NCBI GenBank assembly: GCA_963514005.1
Contig: OY740814.1
Coordinates: 14,508,001 to 14,572,000, forward strand
Direction of reading: 5' to 3'
From: Raja brachyura
Taxonomy: Eukaryota
DNA length: 64,000 bases
Part shown: positions 34,306-48,469 of the stretch, piece by piece
Layout of the letters: each line of letters begins with the position of its first letter
Position numbering within the stretch: position 1 is the first letter of the stretch
Translations under genes and position numbers: made by a program
The notes under the pieces: generated by a model
Seen by the model: only the letters and a program-made list of their open reading frames with translations
Told to the model about the DNA's origin: nothing
The model's database searches: none

Positions 34306-35815
34306 AGATGATTTTCTGCACAAATATGTCAAAGAACCAACCACAGAACAGGCAATCCTGGACTGGGAATTGTGTGATCCAAACAGATTAATTAACAGTT
34401 TTGATGCTGGAGATCCTTGAAATAGTGTGACTGCTATATGGTAGAATTCTTCATTGAGATGGAGAGATGGGTGTGGTGGATTGAGATGACTGTCCTAAAT
34501 TTAAATAAAGAAAATTACACTGATATACGATACAGTAGAACTTTATTCAATCCCGGAGGGAAGTTGGTCTGCCAACAGTCATAACACACAACAAGTTACA
34601 CGAAAACTTCAAATTAAAATTAAATTAAAAGTGAAATTGGAAACAAAAAAGAAAAAGACGAGCAACTGTTGGCTGGCTGCCATGTGCATGGCACCTTAAC
34701 GAACAAATGAAGGCAGGGTTATCCACTGGGCAGAGGATTGTACAACTAGAGTGCGCCCCCCCCTCCCCACACTGGGTTCCCCTTTGTTCTCCCGGCGGCC
34801 CCCCAACTCCGGGTCCTCCATTGTTCTTCACGGCTGGCTCTGACCCGCGAGGTGAGGTTCCTCCTACCGACACGCATGGCCCCGGCCGGGCCACAGCCTG
34901 TGCATCTCTGTGGCTATTGCCGCGGACATCTCCCAGGTATGAGATGAGAGTTGGTTAGTTGAGGAACATTATTTGAAGTTCACAGTGGATCAACAATGGC
35001 AAACATTTAAAAGGCGAGTGGAAGAACTCCAAGATTGTTCATTCTGGTCTGGGACAAAAATGAAATGGGAAGAATGGCTCAACTTGGGCTCGCAACGTAA
35101 ATTAGGGATAGTATTGAATCCAATAAGATGCATTCCCTAAGAAAGCAGCAAACCTGAGGCCTGGAAACAATTGAGAACTAAGCAGAGGTACACCAGGGGA
35201 TTTAAAATAAAAGGAGAAACATTGGGCATACGAGTAATCTTAAAGAAAAAGCCTGAAGTGTAAAGTGAGGTATTGAGTACTGGAGCGTGGATGTATTGCT
35301 GCAATTGTAATGGGGGAGGGGCTTGTGAGAACACCTTGATAATGTGTGACGTTTTGAGGAAGGATATTCTGGTAGCAGGACTGCAGTGAAGGTTACTCAG
35401 ACTGCCTCCCAGGATGTCAGTGTTTGTTACTGAGGAGAGATTGGAAAGGTTGGACATTTTCACTGGAGATCAGAAAAATGAGAGGATCTCATTGAATCTT
35501 ATAAAGTTGCGATGGGAATCAACAGTGGATGTTCCTGTTCATGAGGATTTTGGAACCAGGGGTCATGGATCAAGGATGTGGACAAGTTGTTTGAGGTGGA
35601 GGAGGGAGAAATGTCTTTGTCAGGAATTCTCTGTAGATAGGGGAATTCGCTATCAGACAGTTGAGGTTAGATTGTTAAATTTAACGTGGGGTTGCTGTCA
35701 GAAAGGAGATCCAGTGCACAAATGTATATGTCCAGCCATGTTGAATGGTAGAACGTGTTTAAGGGCCAAATGGCCCAGTGCTCCCATTTCATTTTTCTAA
35801 TTTTCTATGTTTTCT
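34306..35815 (+). mobile_element. Degraded CR1 (endonuclease to 3' tail) with a nested insertion
   Basis: DDFLHKYVKEPTTEQAILD-type endonuclease motif, and a 3' tail TTTCTATGTTTT near 35805. Confidence 0.75.
34522..34940 (-). mobile_element. GC-rich non-autonomous retroelement with AATAAA + ATCGT tail, copy 2
   Basis: Shares CTTTATTCA.TCCC.GAGG, ACACGAAAA, CTGTTGGCTGGCTGC, CTGGGCA.AGGATT and CATTGTTCTTCAC with 13925-14230. Confidence 0.65.
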
Positions 35816-38690
35816 AATCTATATACAATGGGACTTCTGGAAAACTAATGGTGTGGGAATGGGCCTGTTATTAGGGCATAAGTTAGTGCAGCGATGACCC
35901 ATGAATCGCCCTGTCACAAGGAGGTTTGCACTGTTCTATTAGCTGGTCCTTGATTTTGTGAAATTCATGTGTTGTTAATTGTGTGTTAAACTTCCACTAA
36001 AATCATGTAATTAATAGCAGTCTTGCCAGCAAATGAACAATTAAATCCTTCAGATAGATAATTCAGATTTTAATACTATAAATATTTTATTTTTCCTCTG
36101 TGCAGTATTTCTTTCTGAACTTGGCTCATATCTTTTAATTTCTTTATCAATCCTACACTCACTCGTTTACTGGATACCTTTGCCTCTTCAGTTTCCTGAC
36201 ATTTCTGTTGTCCTTGCCCCATCATTCCTGGAAGTTGGAACGGAGGGTGAAAATGATGGGAAAGATCCATCAGTAAATTCCAACCCAATCATATTCTGAT
36301 GACTTGTCTTCCAAGCTGCTCTCGGTCTGAAAGGGTTTGGTTATGTTATTGGGTGGTGGGAATGCAGAGTCCCAAACCTCTCTGGAATTTTCACGAGTCT
36401 CTGCATGACAACAGAACAAACTTTGTTTGAAGCTATCTTGTAATAAACTGCAAGCGATGACTGGGTCCTGTTGTACAATAAGCAATTTACAAATCCCTTT
36501 AACCTTTTTGTGATTGTATTCTCTGACTGGCAACTGTTGATTTCCATGCACTGACATTACGGAATTCAGCTCTCCAGTTATCTGATATCTAGAACGTCCT
36601 TTGTGGAATGTAAGAGCTGTATCCAAGGTCATCATTCAGCAGCGTTGTTGACTTTGCACACAGATGAGGCCGCATTCATAAATTAAAGTGGAAATTAAAA
36701 CGCTTTTTCAAAGATTGAGCTCATCCAAAGTTGTATCCACCAATTTCTGTGGAGGGCAGGATGATCCGCTGTCTAATCTGAGTTACTGCATTAACTGGCA
36801 AAAGACCGTGTAGTCTGTAACCATGATCTCTGAGCCTGGAGATAATCGGGGAGCTTGGGGTTGATTTGCTTGTTTTGATAATGAGTTTGGTGTAGGCTTT
36901 ATTTCAATTGTCATTAGTGTTGAAATTGATGCGGCAAAGGTGGCAAGATCAAAGATGTCCTTCCAACCATATGGGAGCTGGCTGGTAATGGGGGTCCAGA
37001 TGTATGTTGCAGCATTTTGCTGGATATGAAGTCATTGAGTTAAGATCAATTGGGCTTCTTGTTACAGCCTAGAGGGCAAGACTAACAAAGCCACATTCCA
37101 GGGTCTGGAATCTACTGGTGTGGCCTGGGGATGCAACAGAGGAGGTGGCAATGCAAAGTCGAGTGTCCATGATTGTGGTAATAAAGGAAATTCAAAAAGG
37201 GATGTTCACCTTCATTATCTCCTCACAGTGAGAGTGTGAGAGAGAATGTGGATGTGAAAATTCAGAGATCTGATTAGTAAGTTTGCAGGTCTTGTTGATT
37301 GTAAGGAAATAGTTGTACGATGATACCGGATGGTATTGATCAATTACTAACATAAGCAGAACGGATTGTGTTGAACCTTTAATTGTGATACTCATTTGGA
37401 GGACTAATAAGGAGGGTACATACACTAGGGTGCTTGAGAATGTGAGGTAAAGAGGGACTTTGGTGTACAGGTTCAAGCTACAAATTGTTCTCATGTATAC
37501 CATGTTACATTGAAAATGCATTTGTGTACTATCCAGGCAAATCATACCATACACTAGTACAACAAAGTGCAGAGAAAAATAACCAGAATGCAGAATAGTG
37601 TAACAGTTACAGAAAGTGCAGGGTGGGGAGGGGTTAGTTAGTTGGACTGGGCTACATCACCATTGCTTGAGGTATTGGGCAGAGCAATTTCCAAACTAAA
37701 TTGTGATACAATATGTTGGTAAAAGATGATGCTTTTTATTGTGCATCTGTAGTGATTGGTAAGCATCATTGGAGGCATGCTACAGCAGCTCTTCAGGGCT
37801 GAATAGTTCATTTTGAATTTGCCCCACATTATGCCTATTGGCAATTAATGACAATGGCCCAATGCATTATTTTGGAGTTTGTATTGACTGTAGAGATATT
37901 GCACTACAACAGACTACCTATCTTTTTGCTCTTGGCATGACCAGCCTTGGCCTCTTGGTCGTGCTATTGAATTGTGGTTCAATGTTGCTTTGTTACCCCT
38001 GGTGAACAAAGCAAAAGCTACAGCATTGGCTAGTAAACTAGGAGACAGGAAGTGAGAAAATAAAGCAGGTTCAAAGTCCACTTCCTTTAATTGAATTGTG
38101 GAAAATTCTTAGTTTGCGTGACTTTCTTCATTTAAAGATTTGCTGTTGGATCTTATGAATTTAGTTTTTTCACTAAATGAAACACAATTAAGATTCTGGT
38201 TTCAGTTAATGTAAAAACCTGTTTTTTTGGTTAGGCTGTTTTAGCCTATCTTTTCACAACGTTATTTGAAATGATTCAAACTCTCATTCCTGGGGAACAT
38301 TCAGCTCCTGCTTACTGGCTAAAGGCAGATTAAAATGTACCTGGCAGAGACCACTTTAGATTAATTTTAACAATGTAAAGCAATGGCCATTATTTCATAG
38401 TTGATCTGTGATTACCCATGTACTGAAAACATTGTAACCTACTTGGAACAAGGTTTAGGCTTATTGCTTGTTTGTTTCCGAAATGACAAACTCAGCTTGG
38501 CATCAAACTTGGGCGACGTGAGTAAATAACGAAAAAGGGCTCGTCTTTACTCCATCTTTATTCTAGGGACACTCCTATACTGTCACCAAGATTTTTGTCA
38601 ATGCTAAATTAATACACTTGGTAAAATGATCAAAAATGATCCTTGAATTAGAGCCAGCTTGATTTTTTTTCAATTTAAGGATTGTACTAA

Positions 38691-38849
<159 letters not shown>

Positions 38850-39106
38850 ACTGACTTCCTTCACCATTCCCTGGGCCTCGGTATATTGTATGTATGTCAT
38901 GCTTGCCGTTTGTTTTTTGTAATTCAAAACTTGCTGATTAATGTGACAATTATCTTAAACATGTTGCACTGTCTTTCTAAGCAAATTACTGCATTAAATT
39001 AATTTCAGCTTTGGAACATTTTTATAATATTCACAAGTAGTGTAAAAATAAGTTTATCATGTAAAGTGATGGGTTTTCTAAGTGGTGTTAGCAAAAGGGC
39101 AAATTG

Positions 39107-39112
39107 AATAAA
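39107..39112 (+). promoter_or_regulatory. RAB11A: Candidate RAB11A polyadenylation signal
   Basis: First AATAAA after the stop; ATTAAA alternatives at 38993 and near 39266 and 39384. Confidence 0.4.
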
Positions 39113-40029
39113 ACACCCATAAGCCTTACTATCGTAGGTGCTTTACAAGATTCACGTGCTGTTTAAGAATAGGAATGTTCATGAAGTGTTAACCACACAG
39201 ACGGCGTTTCTTTTCCACTCAATCACTAATTTGTCCTTCCATTTCTTTCTGTCACGTTTCTTGGTATTAAATGTAATTGTTGTTTTGTAAATTACTCCTG
39301 TGTATTTTATGCATGTACTATGATTGTTTTCCAAATTTTCAGTTTATAACCGTTTAAAATATATTCTGTGCATTTAAATCTTAATTAAAATGAAATGTTG
39401 GGGAATTTGTTTTGTTTATTTCAAGGCAAGGTGATGCTACCATTTGTAGGACTGGGCATTAGACGGTGGTAGACAAATGACAATTCCTTGGCGCTGGGAC
39501 CAATCCTGGTCTCAGACTGAGCATGTGCTCCACAGATGCACTCGACCAATTCTGGTATTTAAATTTTAAGCACAAGTACCCAGATTGTCCCAGATCTTGG
39601 AGGGGGGTGGGAGGGGAGGATTTATGCCATTATGTATGGAACATTGTTGGTGGTATCAATACTGTCTGTCTCCAGAAGAATAATGATTAAATAGGTCTGT
39701 ATCACATAGAATCCATACATCTAAAGCTGCTTTTGCCTAATCCACACTTGTTTCTGTTCTTCAGGAGTTCCAGAAGCATTGAAGGACGGTGCTTGTGGAG
39801 CTATTGTAAAAATGTATGGCAAACCTGTATGCCAGCCAAAATTGAGTTATTTGGATTAGTTCTACTTCCCGATCTTGGTGCTCAGCCGAGGGTTGCAGCT
39901 CTTCAGGAGCTCATCGGGCACGTTTTAAATGCAGTGAACATTTTTGCCTGTGAATTCCATACCTCACATCTGGGTAAAAGGTTTGTTCCTCCACTCTAAT
40001 CCTGTCAATCTTCACTTTGTTTAAAACCC

Positions 40030-40282
40030 CACGAGGTTCGATCCTGACCTTTAAGTTTGCCCTTTCTCCCTGTGTCCGCATGGGTTTTCTCCAGGTTTTT
40101 TGCTTTCTTCCACATCCCAAGATGTGGGTTTGTAGGTTAATTGGCCTCTGTAAATTACCCCTCGTGTGTAGGGAGTGGATGAGAAAGTGGGATGACATAG
40201 AACTTGCATGAGCAGGTGATCCATAGTCGGCTTGCTCTCGATGGACCGAAGGACCTGATTCCATGCAGTATCGCTAAACTAT
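40030..40282 (+). mobile_element. HE1-like V-SINE
   Basis: B-box GGTTCGATCC, V-domain GCATGGGTTTTCTCCAGG..TTTCTTCCACATCCCAAGA..GGTTAATTGGC, and CR1-type tail GGACCGAAGGACCTG..CCATGC. Confidence 0.85.
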
Positions 40283-40359
40283 ATGCTTCAACTAAGTTCT
40301 GGTTATTTTCTTTGGAGCAAAAATTGAACTAATTGATCTTCCCCTGTGATAGTCCTGAC

Positions 40360-41360
40360 AATATCATGGAGGCCCTTCAGTCCACCATAAACCATGTTGA
40401 TCAAGTGTCAATCTATACTAATTCAATTTACCAGCACAGATACATAGTTCTCTATGCCTTAGCATTTAAATGTGTACATGATCATTAAATAACTAAGAGT
40501 ATTTCTCCACCATATAAACCACCCTCTTGGTGAAAAAGGTATTCCTCCTATCCTCTGTAAACCTCTTTCCCTCAGCCTAACTTTAGACATCTCTGCTGAT
40601 AAAAAGTTACCCACTATCTACCCTGTCTATCCCCTGCAATTTTATATTTTGCTCCCACCTCTAACCTGAGCAAATCAAATCCAGTCTCTCTTAACTGCTC
40701 CCTATATTGTATCTCTGCACGTTCTCTAATACTGTTCAATCCCTCTAGTGGTGTGACCAGAACTATATGTGCACTTACTGGGAATCATTTAGTTCTAGCC
40801 TTGTGTCTTTGGGAATTTCTGCTTTTCTCCCCTGCCTCTGCAATTGACATGTCCTTGAAACCATATCCTGTCCCTTGTTAAACCAAAAAAAATGAACTGC
40901 TTCACAATTCTGAAGATTGCATTTCATTTGTCACTCTTGTGCCCACCTATTTACTGATTTTTGGTGCTGCAGCTTTGAACTTTCTTCTTTGGTAATCCTA
41001 TTACCAGTTTTGATATCAAAGGCAAACCACGTACCCACTTTGCTTCCAGTCTAAAGTTTGTATCTGTCAAGAAAAGCAATAAGTCTAGTACTGAATCACA
41101 TACCCACAACTCGTGTTGGCTATTACCTTTTGATCTTCCACGAGACTAGTTTTTACTACTTATGTTATGAGACCAGCATGTTGCTACTTTCTCTAGAACC
41201 TTGTCACATGCTTTTCTAAAACCATGCCGGCTGCTTCAATTATGCTGCTCTCGCGAGCGCTCCTTGATACCTCAAAACAATCATGTTGGGCAGAGTTTCT
41301 TCTTAATAATCAACATTGACCATCTTTGATTAATCAGCATTTCTCTAAATGCTAATTTCT
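40360..41360 (-). mobile_element. Old degraded CR1
   Basis: Scattered similarity to minus-strand CR1 (GGCCCTTCAGTCCACC, CTATCTACCCTGTCTAT, GGTGTGACCAGAACT, AAACCATGCCGGCT). Confidence 0.55.
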
Positions 41361-44300
41361 GTTTTCATTTCTCCACATTTTCCGTATATTGATTTTGGGT
41401 TGACTGCCTGTGACTTTTTCTAATTGAGTCTGCCTGATCAGCATTCTGGCATTAATGATTCTCCTTGATGGCATTGACTGGAAAACCAATTGGAGTTGAT
41501 CCATACCAAACAGTGAAAGCAGGTGATCGCCACCACTTTTTGTGGAGATTGTGGGCAATCCAACATTAACCAGAAGACTAGATGAACAGATTTGACTCTT
41601 CTTGCCACTGATACCTTTCCCCTTGATTGTTGTCCCAACGAAATTGAATAAAGTGATTGCATATTGAAAGGCATTAAAATATAATTTTGGTGAAAGTAAC
41701 ATTTATTTTTAAAGTGAAAACAGCAAATATGACAAAATAGGTCTTAAATGGAGAAGTACCTGCAATTATGGTGTTATCCATACTGTTAATGGAGCCAGTG
41801 CCACTGATCTGTTTTGCATTAATCTATTGCATGTTTTGACTAAAGGGAAATAATGTGAAGGATTCTGTCAAAAGTTACAATTTGTGATGCAATTTCAAAG
41901 GTTAGTATGGTAAAACCAGTCCAAACTTCTAGATGTTTCATACTTCTGTATGTTGGGCACAAAACCTACTAAAAGGTTATCTGTCTTAAACTGAAAAGAA
42001 CAAGATTGTTAATCCTTGAACATTAAATTATTAATAGGATATGCAAGAATGAACTTTCAAACAAACCTCAAGATACAGCGACTTTGGAAATGCTCCAATA
42101 ATCTTTTGGCAGTTAAAATGAAATATTCCCCTTTTACTACTTTTGGAAATAATGTTGCTGCTGTTTTATATTGATTGGTGCCTGGGAGAATGGGCAGGCA
42201 GTCACTATCACGATTGTTTTGTATTTTTTAGGAGTTGTACAACAGTGACCCGGGGGGGGGGGGGGGATTTCATATGGCACTTTCACCTAACGTACTGTAC
42301 AAATATTAACTGCTTTCTTTCATAGCGACACCTAGCTTTTTACTGCTAAAACCTACCTCTTTCTTGTTCATGTGATTTAATTTATTTCACCTCCTGGCAT
42401 TGCTGCCAACTATTCATTAAACAAACTACTTTAACCCTTGATCACTGCTCTTTCTAATTCAGGAATATTGAATAGGGAAACTAAATCCTACTGCTACTTC
42501 CTACTGTTACTGTGCATTCATCCCACTCCCGGACAAATCTTTGAGTAGTTTGTCCTGATCTCTGATTACTGAATTAATATTAATTTCATTACTCATCTCT
42601 GCAGTTTGAGTAAATGACAATTTCTGATCTCGGCACCACAATTTATTTGATAATTTGCACCTGTCTCGATTTAATCCTGTGATTTTAGTTTATTCCCAAC
42701 CAATTGTGTTGCAAGATTTGATAAGAATTAACAGACAGTACCAACTGCTAACAACGTAGGTTTTGGTCCTAGTATACTCCCAGGTAAAACATCTGATCAC
42801 AAGCTTAAAAATACTTTTTCAAAAACTGAGGACATGCTGGAAAGTTTAAGAGCTGAAATATATTGCAATTTGACAGTAAATAGCTCACTGCAGTGGTGAA
42901 AAATAACCCCCATCTTCATGTTAGGTTTATTTTCACATGTAGTAAGTTGGTGAATGATATTTAATTTCCTTGTTACTATAGTATTCCCATAGGTGTAACT
43001 ATACTCGCTGCAATTTAGTCTGGTTTAATTTCAATTGCCAATTTTTGTGTCACATGTACTCGGGGAAATTTCCCATTGCTCCTGTTTCTCTTCATCTCAA
43101 CTGTCTCTGATGACAACTAACCAATTAGGTTGGGGAGGAGGGGGAGAGAGGGGAATGAATAGTTCATGTGGCAAGTAGTGCTATATTAAAACTGAGGTGC
43201 AAATTGCAGCATTGCTCAAACCAGCTCAATGTTTAATGGGAATGTTGGAGTTTCAGAAGACCCTATACAATAAACATTCTAAAGCGGAGAAATATGAAAA
43301 AACATTTAAATAAAAAATGGTATTGGTGGCCTTCAAATCTTGGTATTGCTGTAGTGGTTTGCAGTTCAATTACAGATATACAAGCCAGACAATAGCAAAA
43401 TAATCACTAAATTGGAAAGACAAAACCATGCACATATACTATGAATGTTTTAGATACGAAATCTGCTTCAAGGACTCAGGAGCTGTTAATCTTGTAATAT
43501 TGTAACCTCCTACAAGAGGACAGCATGAACATTCTTTTTATAATTAGTTGCAGATGTCCAACTGGAGAATCCTAACACTAATATTATATGTTAACATAAT
43601 TCAACCTGAATAATGCAATATGTCAGTGTCAATCTTTTTAAAAATATAGAATTATCATTTTATTGCTCAAAGCAAAGTTCTGTCCCAAGGAATGTTGATG
43701 GTGCAGCTGCTGCTGGGTTCTCATAACCCTCATAGCTTCAACAGCAGCAGAGATTGAGTGGATGCTATCTTATAACTATTTTACAAAAAAAACATTCTCA
43801 TTGCTAATTGTAGTCTCTTCCTGTTCCTACCCCGAGCGCACACACACAATCTGTATCAAGTAATATCCTTGACAAAGATACTGCTCAGCCACCTGCCAAT
43901 TTCACAGAAAGTAACCAGGACAAGAAATGGAACAATAGTGATGGATAACACATCTCAGTGGTATCTCACACTCTATTCCACTGTTAATCAATCGAAAACA
44001 TGCTTGATTGTGGAGCTTGTAACTGTATCTGTCCACTATGACCAATGGATTTTGTGATCTCCATTGCAATTCTGCCAAGGATTATTCATTACAGTGACAA
44101 AACCAATTTTGTCTTCCTCAGAATTATTAATAGCAGAAGCCGTCAATACTTTGTTTGGCATGCCACCTACTTGGGACTTCCTTTGTGTCTGATGTTTGTT
44201 TCAGCACAATATCTATTCTTATGGTTTATTTGTGATCTTGATACAACATGCAGACAAACCTGTCAGGAAAATTCATCCTCATGACAAATCCAAACATGAA

Positions 44301-44811
44301 TTTTAAAGTCAGAAATTTAAATTTAACTCTTTCCAAATCTTCAAACATCAATTTTGTCTACTGCTCCTTTAGCTTAGGTTCTAAGACAGTAATTTACTCT
44401 TGCATATAAATCTGACCCCAGAATAATTCATGGTGATTTGAACATAAAGATCAAGGTGGAAATATTCATTTCCCCCTTCAATATCTTAAACTGACCCTGC
44501 AGTCCTTCTGGGGGCCAGCCGACCAAACTATACACTGCATCTGATGGGCTTAAACGATTGAACCAGAATGGTCAATTAAGCTGTGGCTACAATATTATTA
44601 ATATTCTTAACTGATGCCACTCGATCAATGCCATTAGAATTAAGTGACAATAAAGTCATTAATACAAATTAATGTCAAAGCAAAATTTGCTAATTTTGTT
44701 ATTGCCTCAATCGTGAAATTGTATTTACAACATTCAACTCTGCTGCTGTGAGATTGAATCATTTCCCTGACACCCTAAGTTATAGTACATTGTTGGTTTA
44801 ACCCTCTACTA

Positions 44812-46401
44812 CAGAGCCCTCAATAGTGTTTGGGACAAAGACCCATCATTTATTTATTTGCCTCTGTACTCCACAATTTGAGATTTGGAATAGAAAATAA
44901 AATCATGTGGTTAAAGTGCACATTGTCAGATTTATTTATAGACCATTTTTATACATTTTGGATTCATCATATAGAAATTACAGCTGTGTTTACACATACC
45001 CCCCTCCCCCATTGTGTTTAATTGCCTCCTTAATACAGGTATAAGAGAGCTCTCAGCACCTAGTATTTCCTCCAGTCTTTCCATCACATTTGGAAACTTT
45101 TATTGCTGTTTATCAGCATCAGGACCCACAAAGTTTTGCCAATGAAAGTCAAAGAAGCCATTATGAGACTGAGAAACAAGAATAAAACTGTTAAACATCA
45201 GCCAAACATTAGGCTTACCAAAATCAACTGCTTGGAACATCATTAAGAAGAAAGAGAGCACTGGTGAGCTTACTAATCACAAAGGACTGGCAGGCCAAGG
45301 AAGACCTCCACAGCTGATGACAGAAGAATTCTCTCTTTAATAAAGAAAAATTCCCAAACACCTGGCCGACAGATCAGAAACACTCTTCTGGAGTCAGGTG
45401 TGGATTTGTCAATGACCACTGTCCGCAGAAGACTTCATGAACAGAAATACAGAGGCTACACTGCAAGATGCAAACCACTGGTTAGCCGCAAAAATAGGAT
45501 GCCCAGGTTACAGTTTGCCAAGAAGTACTTAAAAGAGCAACCACACTTCTGGAAAAAGGTCTTGTGGACAGATGAGACGAAGATTAATTTATATCAGTGT
45601 GATGGCAAGAGCAAAGTATGGAGGAAAGAAGGAACTTCCCAACATCCAAAGCATACCACCTCATATGTGAAACGCAGTGGTGGGGGTGTTATGGCTGGGC
45701 ATGTATGACTACTGAAGGTACTGGCTCACTTATCTTCACTGATGATACAACTGCTGATGGTAGTAGCATAATGAATTCTGAAGTGTATAGACACATCCTA
45801 TCTGCTCAAGTTCAAATAAATGCCTCAAAACTCATTGGCCGGTGGTTCATTCTACAGCAAGACAATGATCCCAAACATACTGCTAAAGCAACAAAGGAGT
45901 TTTTCAAAGCTAAAAAATGGTCAATTCTTGAGTGGCCAAGTCAATCGCCCGATCTGTCCCCAACTGAGCATGTATTTTATATGCTGGTGAAAACTGAAAA
46001 GGACTTGCCCCCAAAACAAGCATAAGCCAAAGATGGCAGCTATACAGGCCTGGCAGAGCACCAGAGAAGACACCCAGCAACTGGTAATGTCCATGAATCA
46101 CAGACTTCAAGCAGTCATTGCATGCAAAGGATATGCAAAAAATACTAAACATGACTACTTTCAGTTACATGACATTACGGTGTCCCAAACATTATGGTGC
46201 CCTGAAATGGGGGAACTATGTATAGATACTGCTGTAATTTCTACATGGTCAAACCAAAATGTGCAAAAATGACCTTTATTAATATCTGACAATGTGCTCT
46301 TTAACCACATGTGATTTTTTTTCTATTCCAAATCTTAAATTGGGAGCACAGGCAAATAAATAAGTTATGGGTCTTTGTCCCAAACATTATGAAGGGCACT
46401 G
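44812..46401 (+). mobile_element. Near full-length Tc1 (DD34E) transposon with long IR/DR-type TIRs; transposase inactivated
   Basis: TA TSD at 44810-44811 and 46402-46403. TIRs of ~200 bp (CAGAGCCCTCAATAGTGTTTGGGACAAAGACCC / GGGTCTTTGTCCCAAACATTATGAAGGGCACTG). The transposase spans ~45142-46150 with WTDETK, QQDNDPKH and SPDLSPTE (34 residues between the second D and E) and has frameshifts. Confidence 0.95.
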
Positions 46402-46429
46402 TAGCTGAGCTTGGCAGTGCCGGCAAACT

Positions 46430-46584
46430 TTTATTTCAGAAAAAGTTAATTTCTTGGTCTGGACTTACACCTTCTCATTTGATTAAATTACATATTTTGT
46501 CTTAAATACCATACAGAAAATCCCATGAGGCTGACAGGTTGCCAGTATGCGATGTCCACATTAGGTTCAGGATCAAAGTTTATT
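46430..46584 (-). promoter_or_regulatory. MEGF11: Candidate proximal MEGF11 polyadenylation signals
   Basis: AATAAA on the minus strand at 46584-46579 and 46435-46430. Confidence 0.3.
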
Positions 46585-46675
46585 TTCAAGTTATCTTTGA
46601 GTTTCAGCATATTTTAGGGCAAAAAGATTGTCTTCTCTGCCACCATTTCTCGTGAATAACTGACTGATGTGTGGA

Positions 46676-46972
<297 letters not shown>

Positions 46973-47738
46973 TTATGAGATGGCAATTCAGTTTGAGCAA
47001 TTGTCCCCCTACACCTCCATTTAAATTATTTGAATGGATTAGTTTTCAGAGATTGTCCTTGGCTAAAGTGCAATAGATCCTTGGATAGGCAAACATTCAA
47101 GCTAAACATTTGGATTCAGAATGGTGTTGACTTAATTAGTAGCCTCAAATTAGGAGAGATAGGAATGAGGCCACAACCCTACAGCACAAGGTTCTTGCTC
47201 CATTCTCCTAGTTGACTGCTGGGATATGTGGAAAAGGTCAGAGCCACTGCCACAACTGTGTAAAAACTGGGCATCAGATTCTCGTCAGATTCTCGTCCTT
47301 CAAGAAATGAATGGAACCCTGCGTCATTGTTTTTATATTTTAACAAGAGAATGTCTTTCCAATGATCAGGAACGTTTATCCAAGGGTTTGTTCAATACAA
47401 GTCTTAAGTCTTTTGATATCCTGAACTAAAGTAAATTTTACATCTGCGTGGATCCTGTAGTCAATTAGGGATGAGACAATCATGGAACTAATTATGGGTC
47501 AAGACCATGGAGTCTGTAAGAACCCAATAAATAAAGGGTTGAAAACAAAATACCAATCTCTAAAAATTCACATGAAGTAGGGTGGAGGTAATGGAGGCAG
47601 GAATGTGAGGTGGATGACTGTTATCACTGGGAAGATGATAGAGATAAGCATGAATAAATAATATTTGACCGTAATATTACCCTTTCTTAGAATTATGACG
47701 TGCAGGATAAATGCAGAAAAAAACCTAAATATTATTTA

Positions 47739-48095
<357 letters not shown>

Positions 48096-48469
48096 TCAGC
48101 AAGAATCCTTGCTCTGGAACATTGACTTACCTCCTCTCCTAGAGTACGCAAAGCACTCTTGATGTCATTTAGTCTCACATCTTACGCTATTACACTCTAT
48201 GCAATAGGACCAGATGCCTCTCTAATACGATCAACAATACCCATCTCTGCTCACTTTAAAAATGTCTTCTGCCCTCTCTCCTTTTCTCCCAATTTCATAT
48301 GAATTTTCCCAGTCATACAGTCCACTCTCACTTCCTGTCTACGACAGCCAGTTATAGTTTTCAGACCATGCCATTTTCTGAGGTGATCATACTCGGACTC
48401 AAGTTTGTCCAGGTATTGCCTCTTGACATCCTTAATAGCTTTACAAAGATCATAGTGAGCTTTCTTGTT

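Noticed and set aside
48131-48157. Possible 27-nt MEGF11 microexon with a strong GAG|GTAAGT donor on minus
   Set aside because: In frame, but the acceptor lacks a polypyrimidine tract and the peptide (ECFAYSRRG) has no recognisable homology; unsupported without RNA data.
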